Shown here piece by piece: positions 8,516-18,452 of a stretch of DNA of 64,000 nt. Source of the stretch: Oligoflexia bacterium (GTDB lineage: Bacteria > Bdellovibrionota > UBA1018); contig JACMNQ010000065.1 in the NCBI GenBank assembly GCA_014378465.1, positions 5,186-69,185 of the forward strand, in the 5' to 3' direction. Below the pieces are notes generated by a model, which searched no databases, was not told the DNA's origin, and was given only the letters and a program-made list of their open reading frames with translations. How positions within the stretch are numbered: the first letter of the stretch is position 1; the number at the start of each line of letters is the position of its first letter. A program made the position numbers and the translations under genes.

Positions 8516-10780
8516 TCAGTACCGGCTCTTCATCAGAAAAGTGATGACTTCCTTCGCGCAGTTTTCGCAATAGCCGAGTTTGGACTTCATGTTCTCGATG
8601 GTCTGATGAGCCAGGGCGTCGCCTTCTTCGTTCATCTTTCCCGACTCCTTCTTCTCCTGTTCACTGCCGCCCCGGCCGTAGAACAGAAGGGCGTCATGCA
8701 TCTGTGTCAGTCGGGATTTCTGGGACTCGTAATAGTGCTTCTCGAGCTTGTGCCAGAATTCCGGAAAGACTTTGGCATAGCTCACGCCCTCGCGTGGGTG
8801 ATCCAGAGACCAGGCGCCCACTTGCGAAATGATGTTCTGACGGAAAGCGATCTGTTCGGCCGCGTCCGTGGGAGCGCCGACGATCTTTTCAAACTCGTTG
8901 ATGAGAGCGAAGTCGGGATCTTCCATCTTGCCGGTGATGGAGTTTTTGACTTTCTCCTTCTTGAGCACGAGCGCGATGTGCTGGACATACTTCTTCAGAA
9001 AATCTTCCCACTGCACGGAGTTGTAGAGACCGATGGAGTCCCTGACCTCGCGGTCAATCACGGTGAGGTACTCGTTTCGCACCGTATTGATGAAATCAGC
9101 GGAGTCGTGGTAGCCGTCCTTGATGTCCTGTTTGAGAAATTCGTATTCGCTCGTGTGTTTCACGAAATCTTCCATTTCACGAAGCACGGCGAGGGGAGAG
9201 AGGCAGGCGAATCCGGCATTTTGCGCGGCCCCGAAGAGGATCGACTTGATCTCGCGCGCCGAAGCCCCCATGCGGCCTTCGTAGTACGGGATGTTGCTGT
9301 ACTCTTCACGAAGTTTGCGGATGGAGGAGCGCAAAATCTTTCGATCTTCAGGAGAAAGCCCCATGGGCATTTCTCCCGTATCGTAGAGTTTCGCCTTTTC
9401 CAGCGGGGAGAGGTTTGAAATGACGGAGCTGATCTGATTGGGATAGCTGATGCCGTTGGGCTTCTTGAGGCGAGTGAGCACTGCCCAGAGGGCAAGTGCC
9501 CAGTCGGTGTGGGGAGTGACATGCTTTTCGGCTTCGACCTGCTTCAGTTCAGCGTGGTAGATTTCCTTCTCCTGGCTGACGGACAGAAGGTACGGCACGC
9601 GAATCAATTCAATGCGCGCTTTGAAACTCGTGAAATCCGGAAATTCCTTGAATGCATCCAACTGCAGTTCGTTGCTTGAGCCCAGCAGGCAGGTATCGAG
9701 GTAAGCGATGCTCGCTCCCACGTTGACTGAACCCGTCTCGCACGCGATCAGCAGGTATTTGTAAGTTTCGATCGGACGCTTCAGCAGATCGCTGTACTCG
9801 ATGATGCCGCGATTGCCATCCACCAGATCTCCGGTGAGCGTGAAAAGGTTCAGACTCTGGAGTGAAACGGGGAGGGAACTCAAGCTCTTGTTGTAGGAGA
9901 GCTGGTGATACTGGGCATCGACGTGCATCTGGGGCTCGATCGTGACGAGTCCTTTGCGGAAGCGGCGTGCGAAGTAGTAACGCTCGACCTGCACGTGCAT
10001 GAGGACTTTTCTGAAGTCTCCTCCATTGGCGTTGACGAGGGCATTGAAGATTTCCTTGCAACGGTGATTGAGATCGCCTTTGGTGAGGTACTGCGGGAGC
10101 GTTTCCCAGAGTTCATCGCACTTCTTCCTGCCCAGAAGTTTTTCAAGCAGCGCGCGGCGCTGCGCCTGCGGAATGAGAAGAAACGGATGATCGCGCATCA
10201 CGGAAGGAAGGCGCGCGGCGACTTCTTCATCTGGAAGTTTCGCATAAGTGGAAAGATTCGTGCTCTGGCGCTCTGAGTAGGCCCCCAGTCCCAGGCCACC
10301 CTTCGTGTAGCGCTCCAGAGGGAACACCCAGTTGAACGTGTAGAGACCGCCCTTGGGTTCATGGGAGTACTTCTCCATGCCGGCCATCATGCCCTGAATG
10401 AGCGTGCTCTTGGCGCTGCCGTTGGGGCCGTGGAGGAGCACCAGCTTGTTGTTGATGCCCTGGCGCGCGAAAGTGCGGAGGGTATTGTAGATCTTGTTCT
10501 GAACTTCTTCGTGCCCGATGACTTTTCTCGCAAGCTCAGTCTCGTCAAAGATCTTGAAGCGGGCATGAGGCTCACCCTTGTCCGCACCCGTGGATTCTTC
10601 CTTGCCGAAGTAGTCCATCATGTCGGCGGCGTACTGAGCGGAGCCTCGGAGCTGGCACTCCGGCTGTTCGGCCACCAGCTCCAGATACTCGTCGAAACTC
10701 AACAGGCGTCGGTTGCTTTCAAATTCGGTTTTGACCGCTTGTTCCACCCAACGCAAAGTATCCGGAGATTGTTTCGACAT
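8516..10780 (-). CDS. prkA: PrkA family serine protein kinase (AAA-like P-loop N-domain)
   Basis: 754 aa. Walker A LLHGPNGSAKSTL and overall PrkA-like architecture. GAGG RBS 6 nt upstream of the ATG. Confidence 0.85.
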   Translation of the reverse strand: MSKQSPDTLRWVEQAVKTEFESNRRLLSFDEYLELVAEQPECQLRGSAQYAADMMDYFGKEESTGADKGEPHARFKIFDETELARKVIGHEEVQNKIYNTLRTFARQGINNKLVLLHGPNGSAKSTLIQGMMAGMEKYSHEPKGGLYTFNWVFPLERYTKGGLGLGAYSERQSTNLSTYAKLPDEEVAARLPSVMRDHPFLLIPQAQRRALLEKLLGRKKCDELWETLPQYLTKGDLNHRCKEIFNALVNANGGDFRKVLMHVQVERYYFARRFRKGLVTIEPQMHVDAQYHQLSYNKSLSSLPVSLQSLNLFTLTGDLVDGNRGIIEYSDLLKRPIETYKYLLIACETGSVNVGASIAYLDTCLLGSSNELQLDAFKEFPDFTSFKARIELIRVPYLLSVSQEKEIYHAELKQVEAEKHVTPHTDWALALWAVLTRLKKPNGISYPNQISSVISNLSPLEKAKLYDTGEMPMGLSPEDRKILRSSIRKLREEYSNIPYYEGRMGASAREIKSILFGAAQNAGFACLSPLAVLREMEDFVKHTSEYEFLKQDIKDGYHDSADFINTVRNEYLTVIDREVRDSIGLYNSVQWEDFLKKYVQHIALVLKKEKVKNSITGKMEDPDFALINEFEKIVGAPTDAAEQIAFRQNIISQVGAWSLDHPREGVSYAKVFPEFWHKLEKHYYESQKSRLTQMHDALLFYGRGGSEQEKKESGKMNEEGDALAHQTIENMKSKLGYCENCAKEVITFLMKSRY

Positions 10781-10820
10781 GCCTCGATTCTACCCGAAAG
10801 CCCGAGAGAATGAAAAGTCC

Positions 10821-12899
10821 TCAGGCAGGTTCCGGCTTTTTACCCGCTTTGTTCTTGGTGCGTTTCTTCCGGGATCCCTTGCGGCGGCCATGGCCGGACT
10901 TCTTGCTCTTCTCCGGTTTGACGAAAACGAATCTGGGATGCGCTGAATCAATCAGCGGATGTTCGACGGAGTTGAGCCCGCCAAATTTCTGATTGGCGTC
11001 ATTCTGGGCCACGATGGACTGAACGACCACTTCACGCATGATGGGGCCTGCCGTGAGTTTCTTTCGTGCCGCAGGAATTCTGGACATGACCCAGCCCATG
11101 TCGTCACCACCCGTCACCAGGAAGTCGAGCGTGGCGACTTTGTAGAGTTTCGAATCGATGATCGAACTTCCGTCCGTGAACTTCGCGTCCAGAAGTCGGT
11201 TGATTTCCCATGGAGAGATCTGGTGGTCTCCATTGAGGTCGGTCGAGGGAGCGGCGACTGAAGGATCCAGCAGGCGCAGCTGCACTCCGGAGACGGAGAA
11301 CCAGCCTCGCACACCGCTCTCGGCCACCCGGAGCAGCTGCTTGAGTTCCTTGCCATTCACCGTGAGCAGTGAAATCGCATTGTCAAAAGGCAGGGCCTTG
11401 AAGACGTCTCCATAGGTGATCGCGCCTTCTTCAAGCGAAGTGCGGATGCCGCCCGCATTCATGATCGCCACATCAGCCTGAACGCTTTCCCGAATGGCAT
11501 CGGCGACGAGGTCTCCAAAAGGCGATTCCTGAGTGCGGGTGTGCTCAATCCTGCGCACGGCATTTCCGAGAACCTTGTGCTTGGCTTCGGCCGTCCTGTC
11601 AAAAATGGGCTGCAGAAGAGCGGTGATTTCGGAATCCGCCTTGACTTTCTTTCCATGAAAAACAGGAGTGATCAGTTCACCCCGGCCATTTTTGGGAGCC
11701 GGGCGGTCGCCGTTGCAGTCCTTCTGATGAGCGAAAACCTTCGGACAGATCGGGACAGGACCTTCAATGCGAGTCTTGTCGGTGACGAGCTTCTTCTGGC
11801 TCCAGTCGTAAGTCAGGTACAGGAGATTGAAGTACTGATTTCGAGTGCCTCCTTGAATGACCGGAACGCCGGAGATCCAGTGGTGGACCAGAGTATGTGA
11901 GTGACCGGAGACCACTGCGTCCACCGTTCCGGCGGGAAGGGAGTGGAGGAGTTCCACGATTTCTTCACGTGATTCATCCGTCTGGGTGTCGACGCAGTCA
12001 GAGGCCGGATCAGTCGGAGCTCTCAGGGCTTTGGACTTCTTGAACTCCGAGTGAGAAGCGTCGCAGTGCAGGCCGGCGTGGGCCAGAACGAGCACGATCT
12101 GCGCACCCTGCTTGCGAAGTTGATCAGCTTGAATCAGCGTTGCATCCTTCAGGTTCATGAACTCCAGGCTCTTGACGTATTCCTGGCGAGTCGTCACTGG
12201 AGTCTCCAGGGTCGTGAGCCCGATCACTCCGATCGTCAGCCCGCCGGCCTTGATCATGTAGTGAGGAACCGTTCCTGGGATGCCCGGCAGTGCCCGAGTG
12301 CCTTTGTCGATGATGTTCGAGGAAACGTAAGGGTATTTGGCTTCCGAGATTCTCTTTTTGAGGGCACCCAGTGAATCCGATTCAGTCTGACTGTTTTCCG
12401 CACCGAAATCGAATTCGTGATTGCCGATCGTGGCTGCATTCAGACCGATGGCGTTGAAGTACTGCACCATGGCGGCGCCTTTTTCGATGTTGCTTTCAAG
12501 TGAACCCTGAAACTCATCGCCCGCATCGAGAAGCAAAAGTCTCGTGCCGAAGTCGTCTTTCAAAATCCTGATCTGCGACGCGAGGTAGGCTGCGCCGCCG
12601 CGGTCATAGGGAACGACAGGCACTCCTTCGGCTTCTTTCGTCTTGGCGGACTCAGGAGCCAGCGCACCATGCACGTCATTCATTCCGAGGATCACGACGG
12701 TTTCCTGATGGGGGTCCTTGGAGAGTTCCACTTTGGCGCTGTGATCTGATCCGGTCTCATCGGTGGTCTCGTGTGCGCCGTGGCTGCAGCCGCCGAGGGT
12801 TGCACCGAGCGCGGCGGCTGCAGTGAGTGCTGAAAAGGCCTTTGAAAGGTCATGAGAAAAGCGATGAAAGGAGAGTGCCGTACCGGAAAGTTTTCGCAT
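10821..12899 (-). CDS. bifunctional metallophosphatase / 5'-nucleotidase lipoprotein with polybasic C-terminal tail
   Basis: Calcineurin-like motifs GMNDVHG, DAGDEFQGS, GNHEFD and SGHSH. Lipobox LGGC after the signal peptide; start taken at the internal MRKLSG. C-terminus KSKKSGHGRRKGSRKKRTKNKAGKKPEPA. Confidence 0.8.
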   Translation of the reverse strand: MRKLSGTALSFHRFSHDLSKAFSALTAAAALGATLGGCSHGAHETTDETGSDHSAKVELSKDPHQETVVILGMNDVHGALAPESAKTKEAEGVPVVPYDRGGAAYLASQIRILKDDFGTRLLLLDAGDEFQGSLESNIEKGAAMVQYFNAIGLNAATIGNHEFDFGAENSQTESDSLGALKKRISEAKYPYVSSNIIDKGTRALPGIPGTVPHYMIKAGGLTIGVIGLTTLETPVTTRQEYVKSLEFMNLKDATLIQADQLRKQGAQIVLVLAHAGLHCDASHSEFKKSKALRAPTDPASDCVDTQTDESREEIVELLHSLPAGTVDAVVSGHSHTLVHHWISGVPVIQGGTRNQYFNLLYLTYDWSQKKLVTDKTRIEGPVPICPKVFAHQKDCNGDRPAPKNGRGELITPVFHGKKVKADSEITALLQPIFDRTAEAKHKVLGNAVRRIEHTRTQESPFGDLVADAIRESVQADVAIMNAGGIRTSLEEGAITYGDVFKALPFDNAISLLTVNGKELKQLLRVAESGVRGWFSVSGVQLRLLDPSVAAPSTDLNGDHQISPWEINRLLDAKFTDGSSIIDSKLYKVATLDFLVTGGDDMGWVMSRIPAARKKLTAGPIMREVVVQSIVAQNDANQKFGGLNSVEHPLIDSAHPRFVFVKPEKSKKSGHGRRKGSRKKRTKNKAGKKPEPA

Positions 12900-13041
12900 G
12901 AAGATGACGATACCAAAGATTGAATGAAACACACCCAGAAACCGACAAAAAGCTGACGAAAAGCGGATTCCATTAGGCAATTAAAGCAGTCTTTCTTTTT
13001 ACCCAGTGCGCCCCTACCATAGGAAGTCAGGAGAATTGCAT

Positions 13042-13959
13042 ATGCCTCTTAGCTCTGGGTCCAGTCGTTTGAAATACACCATGGTGATCACTGGCGTCCT
13101 GGGAGCATTGGCTCTGACGGTGTACGGAAGTCGATGGGCATATGAAAATTACGTGGCCATGCCTCCTGCCGCCAAGCACGTGGCTGATCCCGCGAAGCTG
13201 AAAAGTTTCACTCCCGAAACCGCGTTGGTCAAGGCGGAGGAGGACGAAAGCCGTGAAGCGCACGGAAACGGCCATGCGACTGGAAAACAGAGCGCGAGGC
13301 ACACCGAGAAATCCCATGCGGGGCTCACGCATGACGCGGAATCTCGTGAGAAGCAGCTTTGCCGAACTCTGGAGATCCCCGGAAAAGGTCCTGAAAGTTC
13401 CCTCGTCAGTGCCGATGACTGGGACGATGTGCTGGATCAGTATCATGAAGTCAAAGCGGGGCTCGTCGCCTGGCTTGAATCTCACGAAGCTAAATTTTCA
13501 CCGGAGAACTACAAGTGGATGCACGCACAGATTCTGGATCTGCGGCTGCAGCGTCCGACCACACCGCAGGAGCCTGACCTGAGCTGGCGCGGAATCGGAG
13601 TGTTGACCCTTGAAGTTGCCAAGCCGCTGGTTCGTCTCGGTGGAGGCTTCCCCGATCTTCTTGAAAAGGATCCGGCACGAGGCCGCTTTGAACTGGCTCG
13701 ACTTCTTTCTCAGGTCTGGACGCCCGCCGCTTTCGAGACGCATGATCTGAAGCACCCCTGGACTTCGGTTTTGAGCTGTCTTCACGTGGATGAAAAAACA
13801 TCGGAAGCGGGCTGGGCGATCTCTACTGCTGTCGCCAGGCAGTTCGTGACCCCCGGTTGCCGCATTCCGGCTTTTTCGGATGAAACTCGCCTCTGTCTCG
13901 AGAATCAGCTCGCGCCTTCACCCACGGCAGCGACTGTGAAAGGAATCTCCCATGAGTAA
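13042..13959 (+). CDS. hypothetical membrane-anchored protein
   Basis: AGGAG RBS 8 nt before the ATG at 13042 and an N-terminal TM segment (MVITGVLGALALTVYG). No recognised domain. Its end overlaps the next gene by 8 nt. Confidence 0.45.
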   Translation: MPLSSGSSRLKYTMVITGVLGALALTVYGSRWAYENYVAMPPAAKHVADPAKLKSFTPETALVKAEEDESREAHGNGHATGKQSARHTEKSHAGLTHDAESREKQLCRTLEIPGKGPESSLVSADDWDDVLDQYHEVKAGLVAWLESHEAKFSPENYKWMHAQILDLRLQRPTTPQEPDLSWRGIGVLTLEVAKPLVRLGGGFPDLLEKDPARGRFELARLLSQVWTPAAFETHDLKHPWTSVLSCLHVDEKTSEAGWAISTAVARQFVTPGCRIPAFSDETRLCLENQLAPSPTAATVKGISHE

Positions 13960-15022
13960 CTTCAGAATAACGCTCAAGTCAAACGCCTGGTCCGTCACTT
14001 CAATTCTTTCAGCCGCTCTGTCCGCTTCCGTTCTGAGTGGTTGCATCAGCCTCACTGGAACTTCAGAAGTGCTGAGTCAGGGAAAGAACAAGGATGGCAC
14101 GGAGGTCGCTGCCTCTCAGATCAATCATTCTCCGATCGTCGAGGCTTACCTCAATTACGAGGCTGCACCGTCCAAATGGGTCGGACCCGCCGCTTTCGTC
14201 GTGCATGTTCAGGCGAAGGACTCCGTTCAGGCTGAATTTTCCGTTCGTCACGGGATGCATTCCTACGTGGCACCCGAAGTGAAGAAGTCGACCCAGAAGG
14301 TGATTCACCGAAGTCTCGCTTCCGAAGGCGGAGGTCATCATCACGAAGTTGCTGCAAAAGCCTCAAAAACCGCCACCAAGAAGGAAATGCCCGCCGTCGA
14401 TGAAACGGGTGAATCGGTCTCCAGTTACGGTCTGAGTCTTTCGACCGAAGTTCTGCGTGAGAGACTCCACACTCTGGCGGAGCTGGTGGCTGACGAAGAT
14501 CAGAACCCTGAAGTGAAAGGCTGCCTTTCTCCTCTGAAGGTCAGACTCGTTCGCAGTGACGGTTCAGTGCTTGAAAAAGAAGGTTGCCGAAACGCTCTCG
14601 GCTGGCCGGGATATGTCAGTCAGATGGTCAGCGCCCTCATCAGCGCACGTACGGATCTTCCGACGCCAGGGGCGGCAGCTGCCGCACCAGCAGTGGTTCC
14701 GGCAACTGCTTCAGCAGGAACTCACGAAGCTGCAAAAGTGGTGAATGCGATTTCCCATGCGGCCCAGGAAGTATTCAAAGAAGCGGCCGTTTCCCAGGCC
14801 GTGGCGAAGGAAACCGTGAGCCACGAAGCGGTGGTGAAGGAAGCTGTTCATGAGAAAGCTTCCCGCTCTCTCGCCAGCGCGTCCGAAACGAAGCCGACTC
14901 TCGCTGCTGAACACAAGGCCGCTCCCACTTCAGAAAGGAAAGCGGATCAGGAACTTCTCAAGGAAATGAACCGCGATGATGCGAAGACTGAGCATCCCGC
15001 GACTGCGCCCGCTTCTCATTGA
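13952..15022 (+). CDS. hypothetical lipoprotein (Ala/Glu/Lys-rich low-complexity C-terminal half)
   Basis: Signal peptide with lipobox LSGC and a GGGHHHE stretch. The 8-nt overlap with the previous gene suggests an operon. Confidence 0.5.
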   Translation: MSNFRITLKSNAWSVTSILSAALSASVLSGCISLTGTSEVLSQGKNKDGTEVAASQINHSPIVEAYLNYEAAPSKWVGPAAFVVHVQAKDSVQAEFSVRHGMHSYVAPEVKKSTQKVIHRSLASEGGGHHHEVAAKASKTATKKEMPAVDETGESVSSYGLSLSTEVLRERLHTLAELVADEDQNPEVKGCLSPLKVRLVRSDGSVLEKEGCRNALGWPGYVSQMVSALISARTDLPTPGAAAAAPAVVPATASAGTHEAAKVVNAISHAAQEVFKEAAVSQAVAKETVSHEAVVKEAVHEKASRSLASASETKPTLAAEHKAAPTSERKADQELLKEMNRDDAKTEHPATAPASH

Positions 15023-15062
15023 GGCAGCCTTGAGGCAGTTTGAAGGCCCGTGAAACGGCCTT

Positions 15063-15088
15063 GAAAAAGGAAACCCATCCGTGGGTTT
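15063..15088 (-). terminator. putative rho-independent terminator (minus strand)
   Basis: On the minus strand, AAACCCA-cgga-TGGGTTT followed by CCTTTTTC, about 110 nt downstream of the exonuclease-like gene. Confidence 0.35.
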
Positions 15089-15200
15089 GTCGCACTCCCT
15101 GTCCCTGGAGTCTCCAAGTCTAAAGACTTTCCTGAATCTGTCACGACTCTTTGCATTCAAAATGAAAAAAACAGAACAGCGCTCCCAGCAGGCGAGCAGC

Positions 15201-15911
15201 TCAGTTCCACTGAACGGGAACTTGAGTGGACGGGTTGTTCGGATCTTCCGAGCGTTGAAGTTTGACGAATCCGTTCTGACGTCCGAACTGAAAGACGTCG
15301 CGAGTCACTTTCACGTCCTGCATGCAGTAGTCGATGATCTTCTGAATCTGGCCGGATTTCCACCATTCCACGGCCATGAGACCGTCGGCGGATTTTCCGG
15401 TGCCCAGTGTTCCGCGCGCCACATACTCGAGTTTCAGAAAGCGCTGGCGTGTCAGGGCTTCGAGATCGTACATGATGTCAAAGACGTCGAGGCGCTCAGG
15501 CTTCAATCCGTAAGGCACCATGACCGGGATGTCGAAGCCTCGGATATTATAGCCGATGACGAGGCGCTCTTCACAGAGTTCAATGAGCTTGGGGAGCTCA
15601 TGTTCCTGATAGGCAGTGTACTGATCCGTCTTGCTGTCATAAGCGCAGGCGATCGAAATGCCGAGCTTGTCCACATGGTCCCAGCCTCCGACGTCCTGCA
15701 CGAGTTTCTGCGTTTCCACGTCCACCACCAGAAAGTGTCGGTGCTTCAGAAAGAGACTCGAGGGAACCACGTCTTCAGAGAAGGGCACGCAGCTGCCATG
15801 GCGCCAGAACGAGGCATTGAGCTTGATGCGGATCCCTGAAGAACCCGAGCCCGTCGGCCCAGAAAGGGTTGGTGATGAAGTTGACGTGGGCGCTGCCCCG
15901 ATGATTGCCAT
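15201..15911 (-). CDS. RNase H-like 3'-5' exonuclease (DEDDy-type, PolB-exonuclease-like)
   Basis: Exo I LVVDVETQ, Exo II YNIRGFD, Exo III YCMQDV. The N-terminal ~60 aa are low-complexity, so the start is uncertain. Confidence 0.55.
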   Translation of the reverse strand: MAIIGAAPTSTSSPTLSGPTGSGSSGIRIKLNASFWRHGSCVPFSEDVVPSSLFLKHRHFLVVDVETQKLVQDVGGWDHVDKLGISIACAYDSKTDQYTAYQEHELPKLIELCEERLVIGYNIRGFDIPVMVPYGLKPERLDVFDIMYDLEALTRQRFLKLEYVARGTLGTGKSADGLMAVEWWKSGQIQKIIDYCMQDVKVTRDVFQFGRQNGFVKLQRSEDPNNPSTQVPVQWN

Positions 15912-15993
15912 GAAAAATCACCTTGGCTGTTCGGACATTTATTGTCAAGATGGCGTCAGGCACGTCAGGCCGTTACGCCACGCCAAAACTTCT

Positions 15994-17436
15994 ATGAAAA
16001 AACCATCAGAAAACCTCTCGTCCGCTATTGCTCATTGTGAAAAGAATTTCAGCACTTATCTCGAAGATTTAAAGGAACTCGCTCGCATTCCGAGTGTCAG
16101 CTTCTCAGGCTTCCCGGAGTCAGAAGTGAGGCGCAGTGCGCAAGCGGTCGCGAAGCTGCTGACCGCGCGTGGTTTCGAAAAAGTCGAGGTTCTGGAAATT
16201 CCAGGCGCGCATCCTTACGTTTATGGGGAGCGTCTCAAAGCGCCGGGTAAACCCACTCTTCTCCTCTACGCGCATCACGACGTTCAACCTCCCGGTCGCG
16301 AAGAGCTTTGGAAAACTCCCCCCTTTGAACCCACTCATCTTGAAGGTCCCGGCGGCGAGCGCCTTTACGGACGAGGTACGGCGGATGACAAAGCCGGAGT
16401 CGTGGTTCATGCTTCTGCAGTCGCGGCATTTCTGGATTCAGGCAGCGAGCTGCCTGTCAACGTCAAGATCGTGGTTGAAGGCGAAGAAGAAATTGGAAGC
16501 GGCTATCTGCCCGAGTTCCTGAAGACCTACCGTCACAAGCTCGATGCTGACATCATGGTCCTGACCGATACGACCAACTTTGATTGCGGAGTGCCGGCCT
16601 TGACCGTCGCTCTGCGTGGACTGGTGGGACTCGAGATTGAAGTCAGGGCCCTCACCAAGTCCGTCCATTCAGGAATGTGGGGCGGACCCGTGCCGGATCC
16701 TGCCATGGCTCTTTCCAAGATGCTCGCGAGTCTCGTGGACGAGCAGGGTCGCATCGCGATTCCTGAGGTGCTCGCCATGGTCAGACCTCTCGGTGATGCC
16801 GAAGCGCAAGAGATGAAGAAAATCCCGTTTCATGAGCCTGATTTCAGAAAACAGGTCGGCATGGTCGAAGGCTCTCATCTGCTCCGCGAAGGTCCCAATC
16901 CGAATGCGCAGATCTGGCGTTTTCCGAGTCTCACCGTGAATGCGATCCAGGCTTCTTCTCGCAAACAGGCCGGCAATATCATCAATGACACGGCCTGGGC
17001 GAAAGTCACGATCCGCACCGTGGCCGACATGGACTCGGAACGCACGATGGAGCTCCTGCAAAGTCATCTGAGAAAAGTGGCACCCTGGGGTGTCGAAGTT
17101 CATTTTGAAATCGAGTCTTCCAATGGCCCGTGGGCTCTGGATTTGAAAGCTCCGGGAGTCGAAGAGGCTCTGGGGGTCGCGATCAGCGCGATGAAAAAGG
17201 GATATGGTACCGAGCCGCTCCAGATCGGCTGCGGCGGCAGCATTCCCTTCGTCAAGCCTTTCGCCGACGCGCTCGGTGGGGCGCCCGCACTCCTCGTGGG
17301 AGTCGAAGATCCCTACACCAATGCACATGGCGAAAACGAAAGTCTCCTCATCAGCGATCTGAAGAAGGCATGCCTCAGTCAGATTCATCTCTTTTCAGAG
17401 ATCGCCGAGAAAATCTCACCCAAACGAAAGAGTTGA
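15994..17436 (+). CDS. M20 family metallopeptidase (dipeptidase / desuccinylase-like)
   Basis: LLYAHHDVQP, GRGTADDKAG and EGEEEIGS metal-binding motifs. Start chosen at MKKPSEN; the upstream extension is antisense to the exonuclease gene. Confidence 0.8.
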   Translation: MKKPSENLSSAIAHCEKNFSTYLEDLKELARIPSVSFSGFPESEVRRSAQAVAKLLTARGFEKVEVLEIPGAHPYVYGERLKAPGKPTLLLYAHHDVQPPGREELWKTPPFEPTHLEGPGGERLYGRGTADDKAGVVVHASAVAAFLDSGSELPVNVKIVVEGEEEIGSGYLPEFLKTYRHKLDADIMVLTDTTNFDCGVPALTVALRGLVGLEIEVRALTKSVHSGMWGGPVPDPAMALSKMLASLVDEQGRIAIPEVLAMVRPLGDAEAQEMKKIPFHEPDFRKQVGMVEGSHLLREGPNPNAQIWRFPSLTVNAIQASSRKQAGNIINDTAWAKVTIRTVADMDSERTMELLQSHLRKVAPWGVEVHFEIESSNGPWALDLKAPGVEEALGVAISAMKKGYGTEPLQIGCGGSIPFVKPFADALGGAPALLVGVEDPYTNAHGENESLLISDLKKACLSQIHLFSEIAEKISPKRKS

Positions 17437-17440
17437 CCTC

Positions 17441-18418
17441 ATGACGACAGCAACTGATTCACAGAACCCTTCCCATCTGGAAAACTCCGGCGATGCTCCC
17501 GAGCACCAGCCGAGCCTCGTCGAGCAGACTCTTCGAGAGCAGCGCGAATCCTGGCGCGAAATCTCTGAGCGCGTGTCCAGCATTTCAGGGCGTGAGCTCC
17601 CGCACGAATCTCCGAAGCGCATTCTGCTCTTTGGTCTCGGCAGCAGTCTCTTTGCGGCGCGACTTTCCGCTTTCGCGCTGATTCGCGAAAAAAGTCGGCA
17701 GCGCATCCCCGTGATCGCGTGCTCCAGCACTCGCATCGGCATCGACATCGTGCCTCAGCGTGGCGACTGGGCTTTCGCATTCACTCACCGCGGGGGAGCG
17801 GGTCCGACTCTTCAGGCGATGGAGCTCTGTGAAAAACTCGGCGCTTTCACCGTCATGGTCTGCGCTCAAGGCATTGAAGCTCCGGCCAGTGCAAGATTTC
17901 AGTTGCCCACGGTACCTTTGGAAAAAGTCGAACCCCACACTTCCGCCGTGACCGGCGCCATCTGCGCGGTGAGCACGCTTCTGCTCGGCAACAAGGCCGT
18001 CGAGGAATGGGACGCTCTTCGCAGTATCGGAACTCCTGATCTGGAACTCTACCGCAGACGCGCGGGGCTCGGGCCAACGATCCTCATCGGGGAGTGGGAA
18101 GGCGAATGGCTGGCACGCGAAGGCGCACTCAAAGTCATGGAAATGGCGCGACTCCCGATCCGCGCGTTCGGCAGCGAAGAATTCTTTCACGGCCCCCATT
18201 ACACGCTGACTCCTGAAGACCGCATCTGGCACATCTCCGTGCCGAAGGATCCCCGGAACGACACGATCGCGAAAATGAAACCTCATTATTCCATCGGCAT
18301 CTTCGGCGCGACTCCGCTTGCCTGGATCCCGGCTCTTGTCGAACTTCAGTGGCTGGCACTCGCCGTCGCGATCAACCGCGGAGTGGATCCGGATCTGAAA
18401 GCTCCGTCGGAAAGCTGA
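17441..18418 (+). CDS. SIS (sugar isomerase) domain protein
   Basis: Two SIS-like Rossmann segments (ILLFGLGSSLFAA ... FTVMVCAQG). Begins 5 nt after the M20 gene. Confidence 0.7.
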   Translation: MTTATDSQNPSHLENSGDAPEHQPSLVEQTLREQRESWREISERVSSISGRELPHESPKRILLFGLGSSLFAARLSAFALIREKSRQRIPVIACSSTRIGIDIVPQRGDWAFAFTHRGGAGPTLQAMELCEKLGAFTVMVCAQGIEAPASARFQLPTVPLEKVEPHTSAVTGAICAVSTLLLGNKAVEEWDALRSIGTPDLELYRRRAGLGPTILIGEWEGEWLAREGALKVMEMARLPIRAFGSEEFFHGPHYTLTPEDRIWHISVPKDPRNDTIAKMKPHYSIGIFGATPLAWIPALVELQWLALAVAINRGVDPDLKAPSES

Positions 18419-18452
18419 CTTGGAATGAAAAAAGCCCGGACTTGCGGCTTTC

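Noticed and set aside
7517-9418. plus-strand ORFs 7517-8488 and 8606-9418
   Set aside because: Antisense to the radical SAM and PrkA genes.
16669-17388. 239-aa minus-strand ORF
   Set aside because: Antisense to the M20 peptidase gene. Shadow ORF.
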